A model generated the notes under the pieces. The model was not told the origin of the DNA. It saw only the letters and a program-made list of their open reading frames with translations, and did not search any database. A DNA stretch of 64,000 bases from Dudresnaya verticillata (lineage: Eukaryota). A program made the translations under genes and the position numbers. Location of the stretch: positions 1,116,001 to 1,180,000 of the forward strand of contig OZ374563.1 in NCBI GenBank assembly GCA_977862235.1, read 5' to 3'. Below, piece after piece: positions 11,530-22,979 of the stretch (position 1 is the stretch's first letter; the number at the start of each line of letters is the position of its first letter).

Positions 11530-13482
11530 CTACCACAAGAAGCTAGGATCGACAAAATTCTTACTCAGCAGATCAGACTCTAAGATGTCTTCCACGTTCA
11601 ATGCGGAAAGTACATGGGCCTGATCAACAATCCCCGTTGGCGTCCGAGATTCATTGCCGTTGCTGGCAACTTGGGATGCAACCTGTGGATTGCGACCACT
11701 CTGGCGACGGGCCGCTGCAATGCTCTGGGATGAACTCCCATCTTGGGAACGAGGAATAGAAGTCCCGGCAGTTGCAGAGCTTGAAAGGCCTTCAACACCC
11801 GTGTCCATGTGCGAAGAGTTCGGGGTTGTAGCTTTTGTAGAGCTTGGTGTCCCCATTTGGTCTGTATTGCTCTTCGACGCAGCCTGGCGGGAACGAGAGG
11901 CGCTAGCAGACCGCGACTTGGCTGGTGCCTTCCGAGCTTTTGCTGGTTTCGCCCTGTTTTGGGGCTTTTTGTCAACCGGGACAGCGGAGGAGCCAGAAGC
12001 TGTAGCTTTTTGAGCTTTTGGTTGCCTCTTTCGATTTGAAGTCGGCTTTCTCGGCTCCCTCCCAGGCTTCTTGGATGCTTCTTTGCTCACCCGACCCTTG
12101 GACGGCTTCAGCTCAACATTTCGCAGTCCCTCACTTTCCTTCTCTGCGTTAGTTGAAGCCTCGCGATAGACCTTTTTCGCTTCCGTACCCATTGGTTTGC
12201 GGTTACGATCCGGGTCCTTGCGACACGCCTGGCAGTCCCAGGTCCCGAGCCTCCTCGCAAGACGTAGCAAGCCAACGTCTCTCACCTTTCCTGCACACTT
12301 AAAGCACAATCCCATATCACAAGTCCCAGAATATGTATTGATACATTTGAACATGTCCGAGACATTTGAATCAATTAGGCAATACTGGCAGAACGTGGCT
12401 CCAATTCGCTTGCCGGGAACAGGCTTAGACCTAGAATTAAGCATTGGATTCGCTCCATCTGCAACGTTCGAGGGCACGACTTTCGAAGGCTGAGGTACTG
12501 AAGCGGGTTTGGTCCCATTTTCAGGTGTTGAAGCGCCCGTGGTTCCATTCTGAGATACTGAAGCGACTCTGGTCCCGTTCTGAGGTCCCGAAGCTGCTGT
12601 CGTCGCATTACGAGGTGCTGAAGCGGCTCTGGTCGCATTACGAGGTGCTGAAGCGGCTCTGGTCGCATTACGAGGTGCTGAAGCGGCCTTGTTCACATTC
12701 TGCCTTCTATGCACCGCTTTTGCTATCTTCTTTTGGACTGGCAAAGAGCCCACGGCCGAAGGCGGGGGACTTGGTGGGATTTGTTGTCCATGAACGGGTG
12801 CAGTAGGATTGGAGATAGCTGTAGCCTGCGGAGCATGCTGAGCGATCAGCTGTGCCACAAGGGGAGCGCAAGCAGGGTCTCGGAGTGCAGGGTTGAGCGT
12901 GAGCAGCTGCATGATGGGGCTTGAAGCGATCAGCTGTATTTGTGCAACATTGGCCAGCATGTTTGTCATTGATTGTTGCTGTTGCCCATACTCATTAAAC
13001 AACGGTGGTTGCCCATACTCATTGAGTGACGGTTGGTGCCCATATCCATTCGTAAAAGATTGTTGGGCATAGCCGTTAACTTGCGGCTGTCCACTGACTA
13101 GCGGTTGCTGTGCTAGCGTATTTTGCGATAGTTGCTGCGGATGCACTGGGTTTGTGGGATGATGCTGAAGATAAGCTAATCCAGGCGGCAGCTGCTGCTG
13201 AAGGTGGGGTTGGTGGTGACAACTTGGTTGAGTTGGAAGCCTAGCGCGACCAGCTAGGCGCGGGTCTCTCGTCAGAGGCGTCGCCACATTGGCAACCGAA
13301 GGCTGGCTTTGGGAAGAGATTGGGGCGGGCGCAGCACTTCCGAGAGGTTGAGATGTGGAGGGGCCTCGAACAGAATTGGTCCTCGATGCTGAGGCTGGAT
13401 GCGGCAGACGGCTCATGATGGTGGATATCTTTTCGATAGGTTCGACAAGATCAATTACGCCGAAGCAATCACGTAGATGCAC
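11530..13482 (-). CDS. Intact low-complexity (Q/P/S/K-rich) protein with a Cys8 PHD/ADD-like zinc finger; first ATG at 13416
   Basis: 650-aa ORF with the motif CQYC-x11-C-x7-C-x4-CFKC-x18-WDCQAC at about 12220-12393. A C4 run keeps the frame open. Confidence 0.75.
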   Translation of the reverse strand: MHLRDCFGVIDLVEPIEKISTIMSRLPHPASASRTNSVRGPSTSQPLGSAAPAPISSQSQPSVANVATPLTRDPRLAGRARLPTQPSCHHQPHLQQQLPPGLAYLQHHPTNPVHPQQLSQNTLAQQPLVSGQPQVNGYAQQSFTNGYGHQPSLNEYGQPPLFNEYGQQQQSMTNMLANVAQIQLIASSPIMQLLTLNPALRDPACAPLVAQLIAQHAPQATAISNPTAPVHGQQIPPSPPPSAVGSLPVQKKIAKAVHRRQNVNKAASAPRNATRAASAPRNATRAASAPRNATTAASGPQNGTRVASVSQNGTTGASTPENGTKPASVPQPSKVVPSNVADGANPMLNSRSKPVPGKRIGATFCQYCLIDSNVSDMFKCINTYSGTCDMGLCFKCAGKVRDVGLLRLARRLGTWDCQACRKDPDRNRKPMGTEAKKVYREASTNAEKESEGLRNVELKPSKGRVSKEASKKPGREPRKPTSNRKRQPKAQKATASGSSAVPVDKKPQNRAKPAKARKAPAKSRSASASRSRQAASKSNTDQMGTPSSTKATTPNSSHMDTGVEGLSSSATAGTSIPRSQDGSSSQSIAAARRQSGRNPQVASQVASNGNESRTPTGIVDQAHVLSALNVEDILESDLLSKNFVDPSFLW

Positions 13483-15280
13483 CTATTGAGGTTTGTTGCA
13501 AACTCTTCACCCTCGGTCAAGGGCTGGGCGTTTTGATAAGGCGAGGTGGTAGGGTTCTAGAGCACTCGAGAAGAGGTTTTGAATAGCTCCACACAGTGCC
13601 TTCTTTGAGTTCGAGCTTGGGAAGGGCGAGGAGAGGTTGAGGACTGTTCAGACTGTATGCTGAATTTTACTCAATACGGTGGGTGTGAGTGAGGTCGTTG
13701 TTGTAAGTCTATTGAAAGTTTGCTTTGATGGATTCAATTTGAAGTATACAGACGAAAGAAGAGTTGCAATTTGACGCGCAGTGCATGTGGATTGTCCTTG
13801 TTTTAGTGGGATGTTTTCATGATCTCGATTCATCTGACAATAACGCAATAATGCTTTCTGTTGTAACGTGGTATACGCGGAAGACCACGATTGTCTTGAG
13901 TTGGGAAGCACGGTTTCTTTTATGAAGGATAATGCGGCGGGTGAAGCGGCGGAACGGGAAGCCATCCCGTTCTCATAACGCACCCGCCGCTTTATCCTTC
14001 CCTACGCACTCTCCCCTGTTAGTCGGCCACCCACTCCCTTCCGTCAGCCACAACCTCCATAAGCCTCGACCAGGACATCGTTCTCTACAGCTCGTTGTAG
14101 GCACCTGAGCTGAGTCAGGAGGGAGTCACACTAGAATGTAGCAATTGGCATACCTGCGCTCCGCGGCGAGCTGTTGGCCAAAGTTTGGTACCTGCGCTGA
14201 TCTACTGTACCACTCTAAATGCCGCCTCCGCCCGCCGACCGTTCCAGCGCTAATGCGCCACACAACACGCCTGCCACAACTGCTCAACCGCCGCAACGCC
14301 CAAACGCTTTGAACTTCAGGAGTCATCTCATCGCTGTTGACTCTGACTCAGCGAGGAAGGATTTTGACTCAGCACTTCGCAACATTCTACGTGGACGGCA
14401 GCGAGGGATATAGTTATCAAATCCTGCTGTCCAGAACTAATCCAAGACCTTGTCTTCTAAAAACGGTTCGCTAAGGTGCCATACGCGTTGGACGAGATCC
14501 AGAGCAATGAGTATGCAGGGAAGATGGCTGGCTGAATGTATGCCATTGCGCTGGAATCGCTGCTGTTTTCAATGACGATGTGGACAAGACCGCTGTTGGT
14601 TTAGTTGTTCGTAGTTGGTAACGCTGCTGCTGGTGAAGCCAAGGTGCATAAGCAAGGTGCAGAGAACTCTTCATTAACTATTGCTACCGCTATTGTCAGA
14701 GATGACACTACGGATGTACACGGCGATACTGACGATTTTCCGGAGTAGGCGCCAAGGGTGGTCGAGATAGCTGTGGATGGCGCGGGTGCAGTGAAAACTC
14801 TCATGAAGGATTGCGCAGCGGGGAGTGCTGATATCAGGTTATTAAGCTTGGCCCAGAAAAAGTAATGTTTTTTATTAAATCTATTCACAAGTCAGTGCCG
14901 CAAGTTATCTCTTTTTGCGACAAGCATGTTGTCACCCTTTCCGTCGGGGCTGATTTGAGCCCTTGGCTTGTTATTGGCCCGAGGTGTAGCCGAGGGCCAA
15001 TAACAACCCTCGGGCTCTACTGTAGAGAACTCGGGCTCTACTGTACTGTAGAGAACACAACGAAAAAGGTGCCCGTGACGGGTAAGCCACGAGACACTTG
15101 CAGCTGCGTTTGCAAGCTCCGCTTGCTACACTTAGCGAGACAATATCAAGTCAGCGTTAGTTCTTTTACCGCTTGTAGCTACAGAGCCTACCCATTAGGG
15201 GAGGAGGCCGCGCCAATGTGCCCCAGCTGGCTGGAAAATACCATTGTTTCACTCGAGGAAACTTCTTCCTACCTGTAACA

Positions 15281-16394
15281 CTACCACAAGAAGCTAGGAT
15301 CGACAAAATTCTTACTCAGCAGATCAGACTCTAAGATGTCTTCCACGTTCAATGCGGAAAGTACATGGGCCTGATCAACAATCCCCGTTGGCGTCCGAGA
15401 TTCATTGCCGTTGCTGGCAACTTGGGATGCAACCTGTGGATTGCGACCACTCTGGCGACGGGCCGCTGCAATGCTCTGGGATGAACTCCCATCTTGGGAA
15501 CGAGGAATAGAAGTCCCGGCGGTTGCAGAGCTTGAAAGGCCTTCAACACCCGTGTCCATGTGCGAAGAGTTCGGGGTTGTAGCTTTTGTAGAGCTTGGTG
15601 TCCCCCATTTGGTCTGTATTGCTCTTCGACGCAGCCTGGCGGGAACGAGAGGCGCTAGCAGACCGCGACTTGGCTGGTGCCTTCCGAGCTTTTGCTGGTT
15701 TCGCCCTGTTTTGGGGCTTTTTGTCAACCGGGACAGCGGAGGAGCCAGAAGCTGTAGCTTTTTGAGCTTTTGGTTGCCTCTTTCGATTTGAAGTCGGCTT
15801 TCTCGGCTCCCTCCCAGGCTTCTTGGATGCTTCTTTGCTCACCCGACCCTTGGACGGCTTCAGCTCAACATTTCGCAGTCCCTCACTTTCCTTCTCTGCG
15901 TTAGTTGAAGCCTCGCGATAGACCTTTTTCGCTTCCGTACCCATTGGTTTGCGGTTACGATCCGGGTCCTTGCGACACGCCTGGCAGTCCCAGGTCCCGA
16001 GCCTCCTCGCAAGACGTAGCAAACCAACGTCTCTCACCTTTCCTGCACACTTAAAGCACAATCCCATATCACAAGTCCCAGAATATGTATTGATACATTT
16101 GAACATGTCCGAGACATTTGAATCAATTAGGCAATACTGGCAGAACGTGGCTCCAATTCGCTTGCCGGGAACAGGCTTAGACCTAGAATTAAGCATTGGA
16201 TTCGCTCCATCTGCAACGTTCGAGGGCACGACTTTCGAAGGCTGAGGTACTGAAGCGGGTTTGGTCCCATTTTCAGGTGTTGAAGCGCCCGTGGTTCCAT
16301 TCTGAGATACTGAAGCGACTCTGGTCCCGTTCTGAGGTCCCGAAGCTGCTGTCGTCGCATTACGAGGTGCTGAAGCGGCTCTGGTCGCATTACG
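15281..16394 (-). pseudogene. 5'-truncated, frameshifted copy of the zinc-finger gene at the array edge
   Basis: Has the C5 allele and breaks off inside the 30-bp minisatellite. Confidence 0.75.
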
Positions 16395-17334
16395 GATGCT
16401 TTATGACGCGCCGCTGCGCTCCTACTCACGAACGAGGAGCACCTCTGCGCTCAGGGTATCAACAATGCAGCCGAGACCCTAGCCTGGACACCGGCGCATC
16501 CGCCACCAAGTCCTCTAACTGCAGTTCCATGGGATGCATTCCCATAACTACATTGTACTGGCTGTACTAATCTTTGTAACTATAATCACAGACTAACTTA
16601 GACCCCCTTTCGGGCTGATAGAGTTTTCGGCTGTCAAGCCCTACTTATGGGCGCCGGAATAGCCGCCGTCCTCAGAATAAAAACTCAGCGGAGTTGTTCG
16701 GAAAGCCTTCCCTTTTTGGTCGTTCGGACGCTCCGCACCTGCAGTGGTCGCCCAGTACAGGACCTACAGGACCGGACATCGTACGACAAGTACTCTACGA
16801 AATACCGGGTCGCAACCTCCATATCTTCCTTCAGTCGGTCGCGCCGAGTCTTTACCGTGCTTCTGCACCCCCGTTCGGGTCATCAGGGCCCGCCTCCTTT
16901 CAAGCCTCTACCAAATCTCCTTCGAGCTACCACCAATTAGCGTGTGATATCGGACAGCTGTCTTTTCTTGTTCTTTGCTGTTCCTGGCCGGTGCCATACT
17001 GCTACAAGCATCAATAGCTTAGTGGTTTCCTTTTGCGTGTTCCTCTATGGAGATCGTGGGATCGCGTCCCGCGGCTGTGTGCACGTGCCAAGCTGGAGAG
17101 TAGTCCTCACCATGACGCCCACGTCTTGGCCATGTTGAGATTTGTAACGCCCTGCGCAATAAGCGCATACTTCCGCTCTGCGAGCGAAGGAGAGAACGTA
17201 CTAGAACCTATCTGGTATAGTTGTCTGTGAGCCGTTGGAGTAGCCCAACACAGGTTGAAAGGTCGCACGTTCGAGTCTCCGAGCGGGAGTCTCGAGCTCT
17301 TTTTCGTGACGCGACGCCGCGACTCCGAAACTCG

Positions 17335-17575
17335 CTACACATTGAAGCCAATTGTGTGTCCATCTGATTGAATGGAGGAAAGAAGCGCTGGTGCTGAAGA
17401 GCGAGGGGTGATTTTGTTGAGATCATCTGCATAGGCAGCAAGCATGCCTATATTAGGGGAAGGATAGAGGCGTTCGAGTAGAGGGTGGATACCCAGGCGA
17501 AAGAGAAGCATTCCGAGAGGGTCCCCGTGACGAGTCCCGGTGCGGCTGAGAAGTGTGAAGGGTGTGGTATAGTGA
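17335..17575 (-). pseudogene. CRE-like non-LTR reverse transcriptase fragment (QGDPL and YADD motifs)
   Basis: Translates LLSRTGTRHGDPLGMLLF...AAYADD...GFN. Confidence 0.85.
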
Positions 17576-17579
17576 AACC

Positions 17580-18850
17580 CCAAGAACTCCGAGGCGGACA
17601 GCTGGCCTGACTTTCCTTAACGGACGAGAGCAACACTACCTCCACGGGGTGGTAGAGCAGTTCGCACCGAAACGGGAGAACAGCGAGCGGCTAACCGAGA
17701 CGGATATTGGGAAGCAACAGACAAGGGGTGGTACAAGTGCCGGGACGTGTCGTGCAAACATCGTCTACTGACGGAAAACACCTCCGGGCCGTTCGGAAGC
17801 CCGGTGGGTAGCCGCTGATGGCGAACTTGGTAGAGCAGGTTGAACACGCCTAGGGCGGACTGTAAACGCCCGAGGCGGAAAAGAAAAGGGGCAAAGAAAA
17901 CTCAAAGGAGAACACGTTAGCAACGGTTGCGAACGTGGAAGCACGGATAGGTAGACGCTTATGCTTCCGGGCAGCGGTAGGGTGCGCGCTGTCGCGGAAG
18001 GGAAGTCTAGACTCAAACCGGCTTGCCGGGGCTTTACCGCTACGTCCTAGACGAGGTACCTAAGTAATGATATGGGCCCGCGGCGCGGCGGCTGCATGAC
18101 GTAGTGCGCGGGAACCCGGGAGACGTGTCGTATGGAGGTGCGTCTGACAGGCCCCGGGCCAATGCAGCCACTGTACGTCGGTGCATGCGTCTGACCGAGG
18201 CGCGCCTGTACGGCACTGTAGGCGATCTGGATTCGGGTCACGATCGGCACCGTATTACAGGCGCGTTCCCCTTACAGCGGATCCCGATGTCCGATCCGGA
18301 TGTCAGATCCGGATTCGATCGAGATCCGGGCCAAATTGCCAGTCAACCCGCTTACACTTCGTTGATCCCGATGTGTCATCCAGATCCGCTCTACAGTGTT
18401 GTGCCGTCCAGTGTATCGGCGTGCGCGGCGCGGGGTTGTGGCAACCGCGCGTCCGTATGCCAATCGTCGATGACGTGTTCGCGCCAACGGCGAGTGAGCT
18501 GTTCCAGGTGACCGCCCATCGGTCGACGAGGCTCTCGACGCCCATGGCGAGGAAATAGAAGCTCGGTCCCCCGTGCGCCACAGGACGGACTCCGTAACGG
18601 TGGTGGTGGTAGACCGCAACGGACGTGGCGCGGGGAAAACCGTAAAGGAAATAGCTACAGTGGGATTGAAGCTCAAGGGTTGCTTGCCCGTTTACCGTAG
18701 GAGCCGCTGCGGTGCCGCCCTGATATACAAGTCAGGGTGGCACCGAGCGGTCCGGTCCGTGTGGGCCAGACCCTAGTGGTCTGGACCCATGGTGGAATCG
18801 GCCCTGCTGGTCCCAATCTCCGACACGGACATGCGCAGCATTGTCATTGG
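17580..18850. mobile_element. Probable degraded LTR relic(s)
   Basis: Shares the GTGGTAGA motif, purine-rich tracts and CTTACA motifs with the confirmed LTRs. No partner copy or TSD was found. Confidence 0.3.
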
Positions 18851-19059
18851 CTGGCGCGCTACTCTACACACTGTACAGATACTCACAAAAAATAAAGAAT
18901 AAATACTACAAATACTCCGGTATGGTTGGTGCGCTATACTGCTGTACAGCAATTTGTACCAGCGTACAGCAATGCGCACAACACCGACACGGATACACGT
19001 TCACACGTCTCACAACGGTAGAGACCACACAATATGTATTTCCACCGTCTTGGATGCCG

Positions 19060-19330
19060 AATCTCACTTCACCACAAAGGGACCAAATATGAGCGGAGAG
19101 GGTGCGCTATAGGCGAAATGTACCCAACGGGAGAGGTCAGGAGCTTGAGTGGAAACTTCATCCAGGATGCACTGACGTTCAATGCTGTTAAAAGCATTTG
19201 AAGCATCAATCTGAAGCAAAGCCAAGTCAGCGTCAGGCGCTTCCTGGAACCAGGTGCGAGCGGAATGGGCAATGATTTGACATCCACCGGTCGTGCCAAC
19301 CGCGTACTGTAACGGGCGGAAGTAAGAGCC
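19060..19330 (-). pseudogene. CRE-like non-LTR reverse transcriptase fragment (N-terminal RT motifs); not in the ORF track
   Basis: Manual translation gives YFRPLQYAVGTTGGCQIIAH...LLQIDASNAFNSIERQCILDEV...PDLSRWVHFAYSAPSPLIFG. Confidence 0.85.
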
Positions 19331-19449
19331 TCAGGTCAATGACGAAAGGACAGCGGTCTGTTGAGATCGCTCAGACAGATAAAACACCGAACACAGATTT
19401 ATCCCAGAGTTGCTTTTTAGGTTGTGTATCCCAAGGTGCTTTACACGAG

Positions 19450-19770
19450 TGAAAAAGAAATGATTACTTTATTATGTAGTGCAGCAATCATCCAAACCCA
19501 ATGACTAGATAGGAATGCAGGATAAATGTAAGGTAAAAACGAAGGGAAGGATTTGAAGGGTCTCAAGGACAGTAGGGAAGGGAGGGAGGGAGAACGAAGG
19601 AAAGAACTTGGTGCAGGTGTGAGAGTGCGGCACCTAATCCGCCTCCTATACCGAAAGTCAGTACACAGAGCCGGAGTCCGAGAAGTAGTAGGAGTAGAGT
19701 GTAGTAAGATCCAAAAACGGCGTTGTTGAAAAGTTACCATAAACTGGCACACCCCTTTTGTGGTTGCTTC
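19450..19770 (-). mobile_element. Inverted, diverged 3'-terminal relic of a related YR retroelement
   Basis: The reverse complement aligns with 37146-37309. Shared blocks are aagttctttccttcgttctccc (identical), tagtcattg and aataaa-gta(a/g)tcatttc(t/c)ttttca. Confidence 0.7.
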
Positions 19771-19899
19771 TTAAAGCAGTACTTAGTGTTGAATTATTCA
19801 ACGCGCATTTGGGTCGTCTATACTTTGTGCCGCATCGGGATCTCCATAGGGCTGTGGAGTGCAGTACGCTCGGCACGGCTCGCTACCCATACCATGATC

Positions 19900-20177
19900 T
19901 TTTCAGTTTGTGTCTCGATGCGTCTACACTGGTGAAAACACCTTACTGGGGATAGCGAGCCCTGCCGAGCGTCCTGAAGCAGCAACAAACCGATACAACA
20001 TCTACCCGAAAGGGGTTTCTACGGGTCTGTGCAACTTTTAGCACTATATTTGGCACTTCACTGTTTGGGGCTGAACCATATGGTGTTACCAAATTTAGAG
20101 GTTCTGGAGGGGATATAAGCACTACAGTCCAGCTTATACAACCCCTCCGTCTCCCCTAAGTTCTTTCCTTCGTTCTC
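19900..20177 (+). repeat. YR element direct repeat A1
   Basis: Matches 36888-37165 with about 8 substitutions. Confidence 0.92.
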
Positions 20178-20236
20178 AAGATACTTTCGAACAAAGGATT
20201 TCCGTCCCGTTGGACAGGTGAACCGCTCAGACCTCA

Positions 20237-20836
20237 ATGACAGACCAAAATGTACGCGAAACAGCCACCTCCGTCTCTGTCTCGCCCCCGTCATCTGGTG
20301 ACTATGTTGATATTGTTAATCATCAACTGGCTGCCGGTATGGTTGGCCGCAAGGAACTGTGGCCGAGTTCCAGCCTCGTTCTACCGAATGAGGTCGGATA
20401 TTTCAAGCCCGAAACGACACTGTACTTGGAGACCTTCCGAAAGGAGCGGCACAACGCTAAGGAACTCGAGTACATCCATTCAGCGGGTTGTTGGCTGGAG
20501 CAGTGGAAGGATGCGCTCGAACTCATCAAAGCGGACTCGGATCCAGAGAAGCAGTCTCGCTTGCGGGGCCTCATCGAAGATGGTCTCGGTGGTGCCAAAG
20601 AGGTTCTGGCGATGCGAACTGCACACTTTCAGACTGTTCTCAGCAAAGGACAGAGCCAGGCCAACCAAATTGCGGAGCTCGTCGAGACTCGTGTTGAGGC
20701 CAAGCGCCATCAGGTGCCCTCGGACGCCTATTCAGATGTATATGAAGAGCTTTCTGCCAAATATATCATCGAAACTGCTAAGTGTCTGGCTAAGGATGCT
20801 ACTAACGGTAGCAAAAAGCCAGGCACAAAGGAGTAA
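20237..20836 (+). CDS. YR element ORF1 (gag-position protein, 199 aa)
   Basis: ATG-initiated ORF directly after repeat A1. Its stop overlaps the RT start as TAATG. Confidence 0.7.
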   Translation: MTDQNVRETATSVSVSPPSSGDYVDIVNHQLAAGMVGRKELWPSSSLVLPNEVGYFKPETTLYLETFRKERHNAKELEYIHSAGCWLEQWKDALELIKADSDPEKQSRLRGLIEDGLGGAKEVLAMRTAHFQTVLSKGQSQANQIAELVETRVEAKRHQVPSDAYSDVYEELSAKYIIETAKCLAKDATNGSKKPGTKE

Positions 20837-22035
20837 TGGTCCTCGATCACCACTCCATGCCATCCACCTGGCGCCGAGCTCGGTGGGCCGGCACACGACG
20901 AAATGCGCAGAACTGGGAACGGATCGGCGCGACCCCCTTCGTCATCCGAATTCTACAGTTCGGAGTATGGGACCCTCCTCAGCGACCATTTTTGCATTGG
21001 CGGATTCTTCCCGAGATCCCCCAGCCATCGGAAGACCTTTCGTTTGCGAGAAAGGAGCTGGCAGAGGGTTGCTGTGTTGGTACTTACCAGAAGGTCAGTG
21101 CCGAACATGCACAAAGTTGTGTCCGTCGCGGGGCCCTCGTCTCAAGTGCATTTGTGACATGGCAGAACGGCAAACCAAGGTTTATAGTAAACCTGAAGGA
21201 ACAGAGCGAGCAATGGGACAAGAAATCGGTCAAGATGGAAACCCTTTCAGCCTTTGGAGCCTGTCTGTGCAAAGGGGACCGTTTGTTGTCCTTCGACTGG
21301 TCCAGTGGTTATCGGCATATAGCCCTCCACTCGCGCATGTGGGATTGGTTCCTTTTCCGCTACGATGGCAAATACAACCGCTGTATAGCCTTGCCGTTGG
21401 GATGGACCGCTTCGCCATTCTGGTTCGTCAAAGTTCTCAGCCCTCTCACTCGCTACCTACGGCGCTCCTTGGGCCTGAGAGTGCTTGTCTGGCTAGACGA
21501 TTATCTTTTGGTTCCTGGGGATTGAAGCAGACCCAGTACCGCAAAGGAGTGTCGCCAAGTTTCCAGGGACTTGGACTTACTTTTTAGTTCCCTCGGTTTG
21601 GTACGGCACCCGGACAAAGGCATCTGGGGAACAGGGGCTACAAAACTAGAGCACCTGGGCCTCATCATAGGTACCGTACAGTTTCGATACTTCGTGACGC
21701 CTTCGAAACTGGAAACGGTACACGAGATGGCTTCTGCCCTTTTGCGTACGGGCCGTCAGCGCAGTCGCTGGGTACGGGAGTCTCTCTTATCAAGCTTCTG
21801 CGGTCGCGCGGTCTCCCAGCTGATTCCTCTTCCCTTAGCCCGGTTTTTTACAAGAAGTCTGTACGACACTCTCAAAGGGGATGCCCCGCGGCGAGGCAGA
21901 TACCCCGAGAAGACCGTCAAGTTATCCCACGCCGGGATGAGGGACCTCCAAACGTGGAAGACTATGCTGCAGGGCGATGGGCGACTCATTGGCGGTGGAC
22001 AGCCATCGTGGTGCCTCCATACAGATGCCGCAAAC
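20836..22035 (+). pseudogene. DIRS-type reverse transcriptase to RNase H start, with an in-frame TGA at 21523-21525 and interrupted by the Gypsy LTR
   Basis: Motifs KPRFIVNLK, SFDWSSGYRHI, ALPLGWTASPFWF, VWLDD, LEHLGL and LHTDA. ORFs 20836 and 21571 are in the same frame. Confidence 0.9.
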
Positions 22036-22811
22036 TGTGGTGCAATCCACTCGGTAGAATTGAGGGTGCACCTCAGGCGGTTCGGGGGCCTGGCGGTAGC
22101 AGGCGAGGTAGTAGCGGTAGAGCAGGGGAGTAGCCCCGTAGTGCGACTGTAAAACACTACAAGACCGAGAAAGGGGGTTACCCTAGAAAGGAAGAGAAAA
22201 CAGGGGAAAAATAAAGGAAAAACAGGATTCTGTACGATGAAGAAGGGTAGCGGATGTACTGGAGTCCAGCCTAGAGAGGGAGTCGATAGGGTAGGAGGGT
22301 ACGTCTCGCTGGGCCCAAACTTAGCCGTTTACTGTATGAGGGCGCACCTCAGGGCCCTATTATACTATGTAGGAGGCGGGTGCGCCTTGGTGGCGGATTA
22401 AGGTAGTGGAAGGGGGGCGCGCCACTTGGCATTACGTGGCGCGCGCAATTCTATAATTATCTAAAAATATCAACTGTCAGCCTAGCGGTGGTGCGGCTGA
22501 AAGGTGCGCGCCAGAGAGGCGCACGTGTGCACGTGTATGCGTTGTCGCGTTGCGGGGCCATCCTTGCTGGCAGATGGCGCCGCGTACTGTCAGGCCGGAC
22601 GCCTTACAGAGGCATTTCCCCATTAGCATTGCTGGTGCGTGCGCGTGGTGCCAGAGCTCATTATAGAAATTGGCTCTGAGCTCAATCACCCGCACAGCGG
22701 TTGATCCGCAGGAACCGGCCGCGGTGCGTTCGTCGTCCGCAGTCGCGTGAGCCGCAGGTGGCGGCATTATGAAGAATTCTTCAGCAGGGCGCCAAGGCGA
22801 TTTGCGCCACA
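22036..22811 (-). repeat. 3' LTR of Gypsy A (776 bp)
   Basis: Near-identical to 34252-35026 (a 1-bp indel in an A run is the only difference I found). Adjacent PPT. Confidence 0.96.
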
Positions 22812-22827
22812 TCTCCCCCCCGTTAAG
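22812..22827 (-). promoter_or_regulatory. Polypurine tract of Gypsy A
   Basis: Minus strand cttaacgggggggaga abuts the LTR TG. Confidence 0.85.
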
Positions 22828-22979
22828 CGGCGAGTACCCGCACGATCCCACACGAGCAGACCCATTCTTTGCAGGTTGGAGCTCCGGTGCCTGTTTCCGG
22901 TGCTGCAGTGGTGGCAGCGTGTTTTGTTTTTGCGGGGTTCCGCGTCGCGCCCTCGTTCCGCGGCATCCTACGTCGGACA

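Larger units (their letters stand above)
1..16394. repeat. Tandem array of a near-identical ~3.75-kb unit (4563 bp when carrying the CRE insertion); runs off the left edge and is truncated at 16394
   Basis: Identical ORF sets recur at offsets of 4563, 4563 and 3751 (e.g. 771/5334/9897/13648). Identity with the unit stops after 'gtcgcattacg' at 16394. Confidence 0.97.

Noticed and set aside
16395..16765. LTR end plus PBS (…ctgca g tggtcgcccagtacagga)
   Set aside because: The layout is suggestive, but there is no partner LTR, no gag downstream and no identifiable tRNA.
18226..18390. Cluster of GATCC(G/C) words as a functional repeat array
   Set aside because: Short, irregular and inside a probable LTR relic, with no consistent period.
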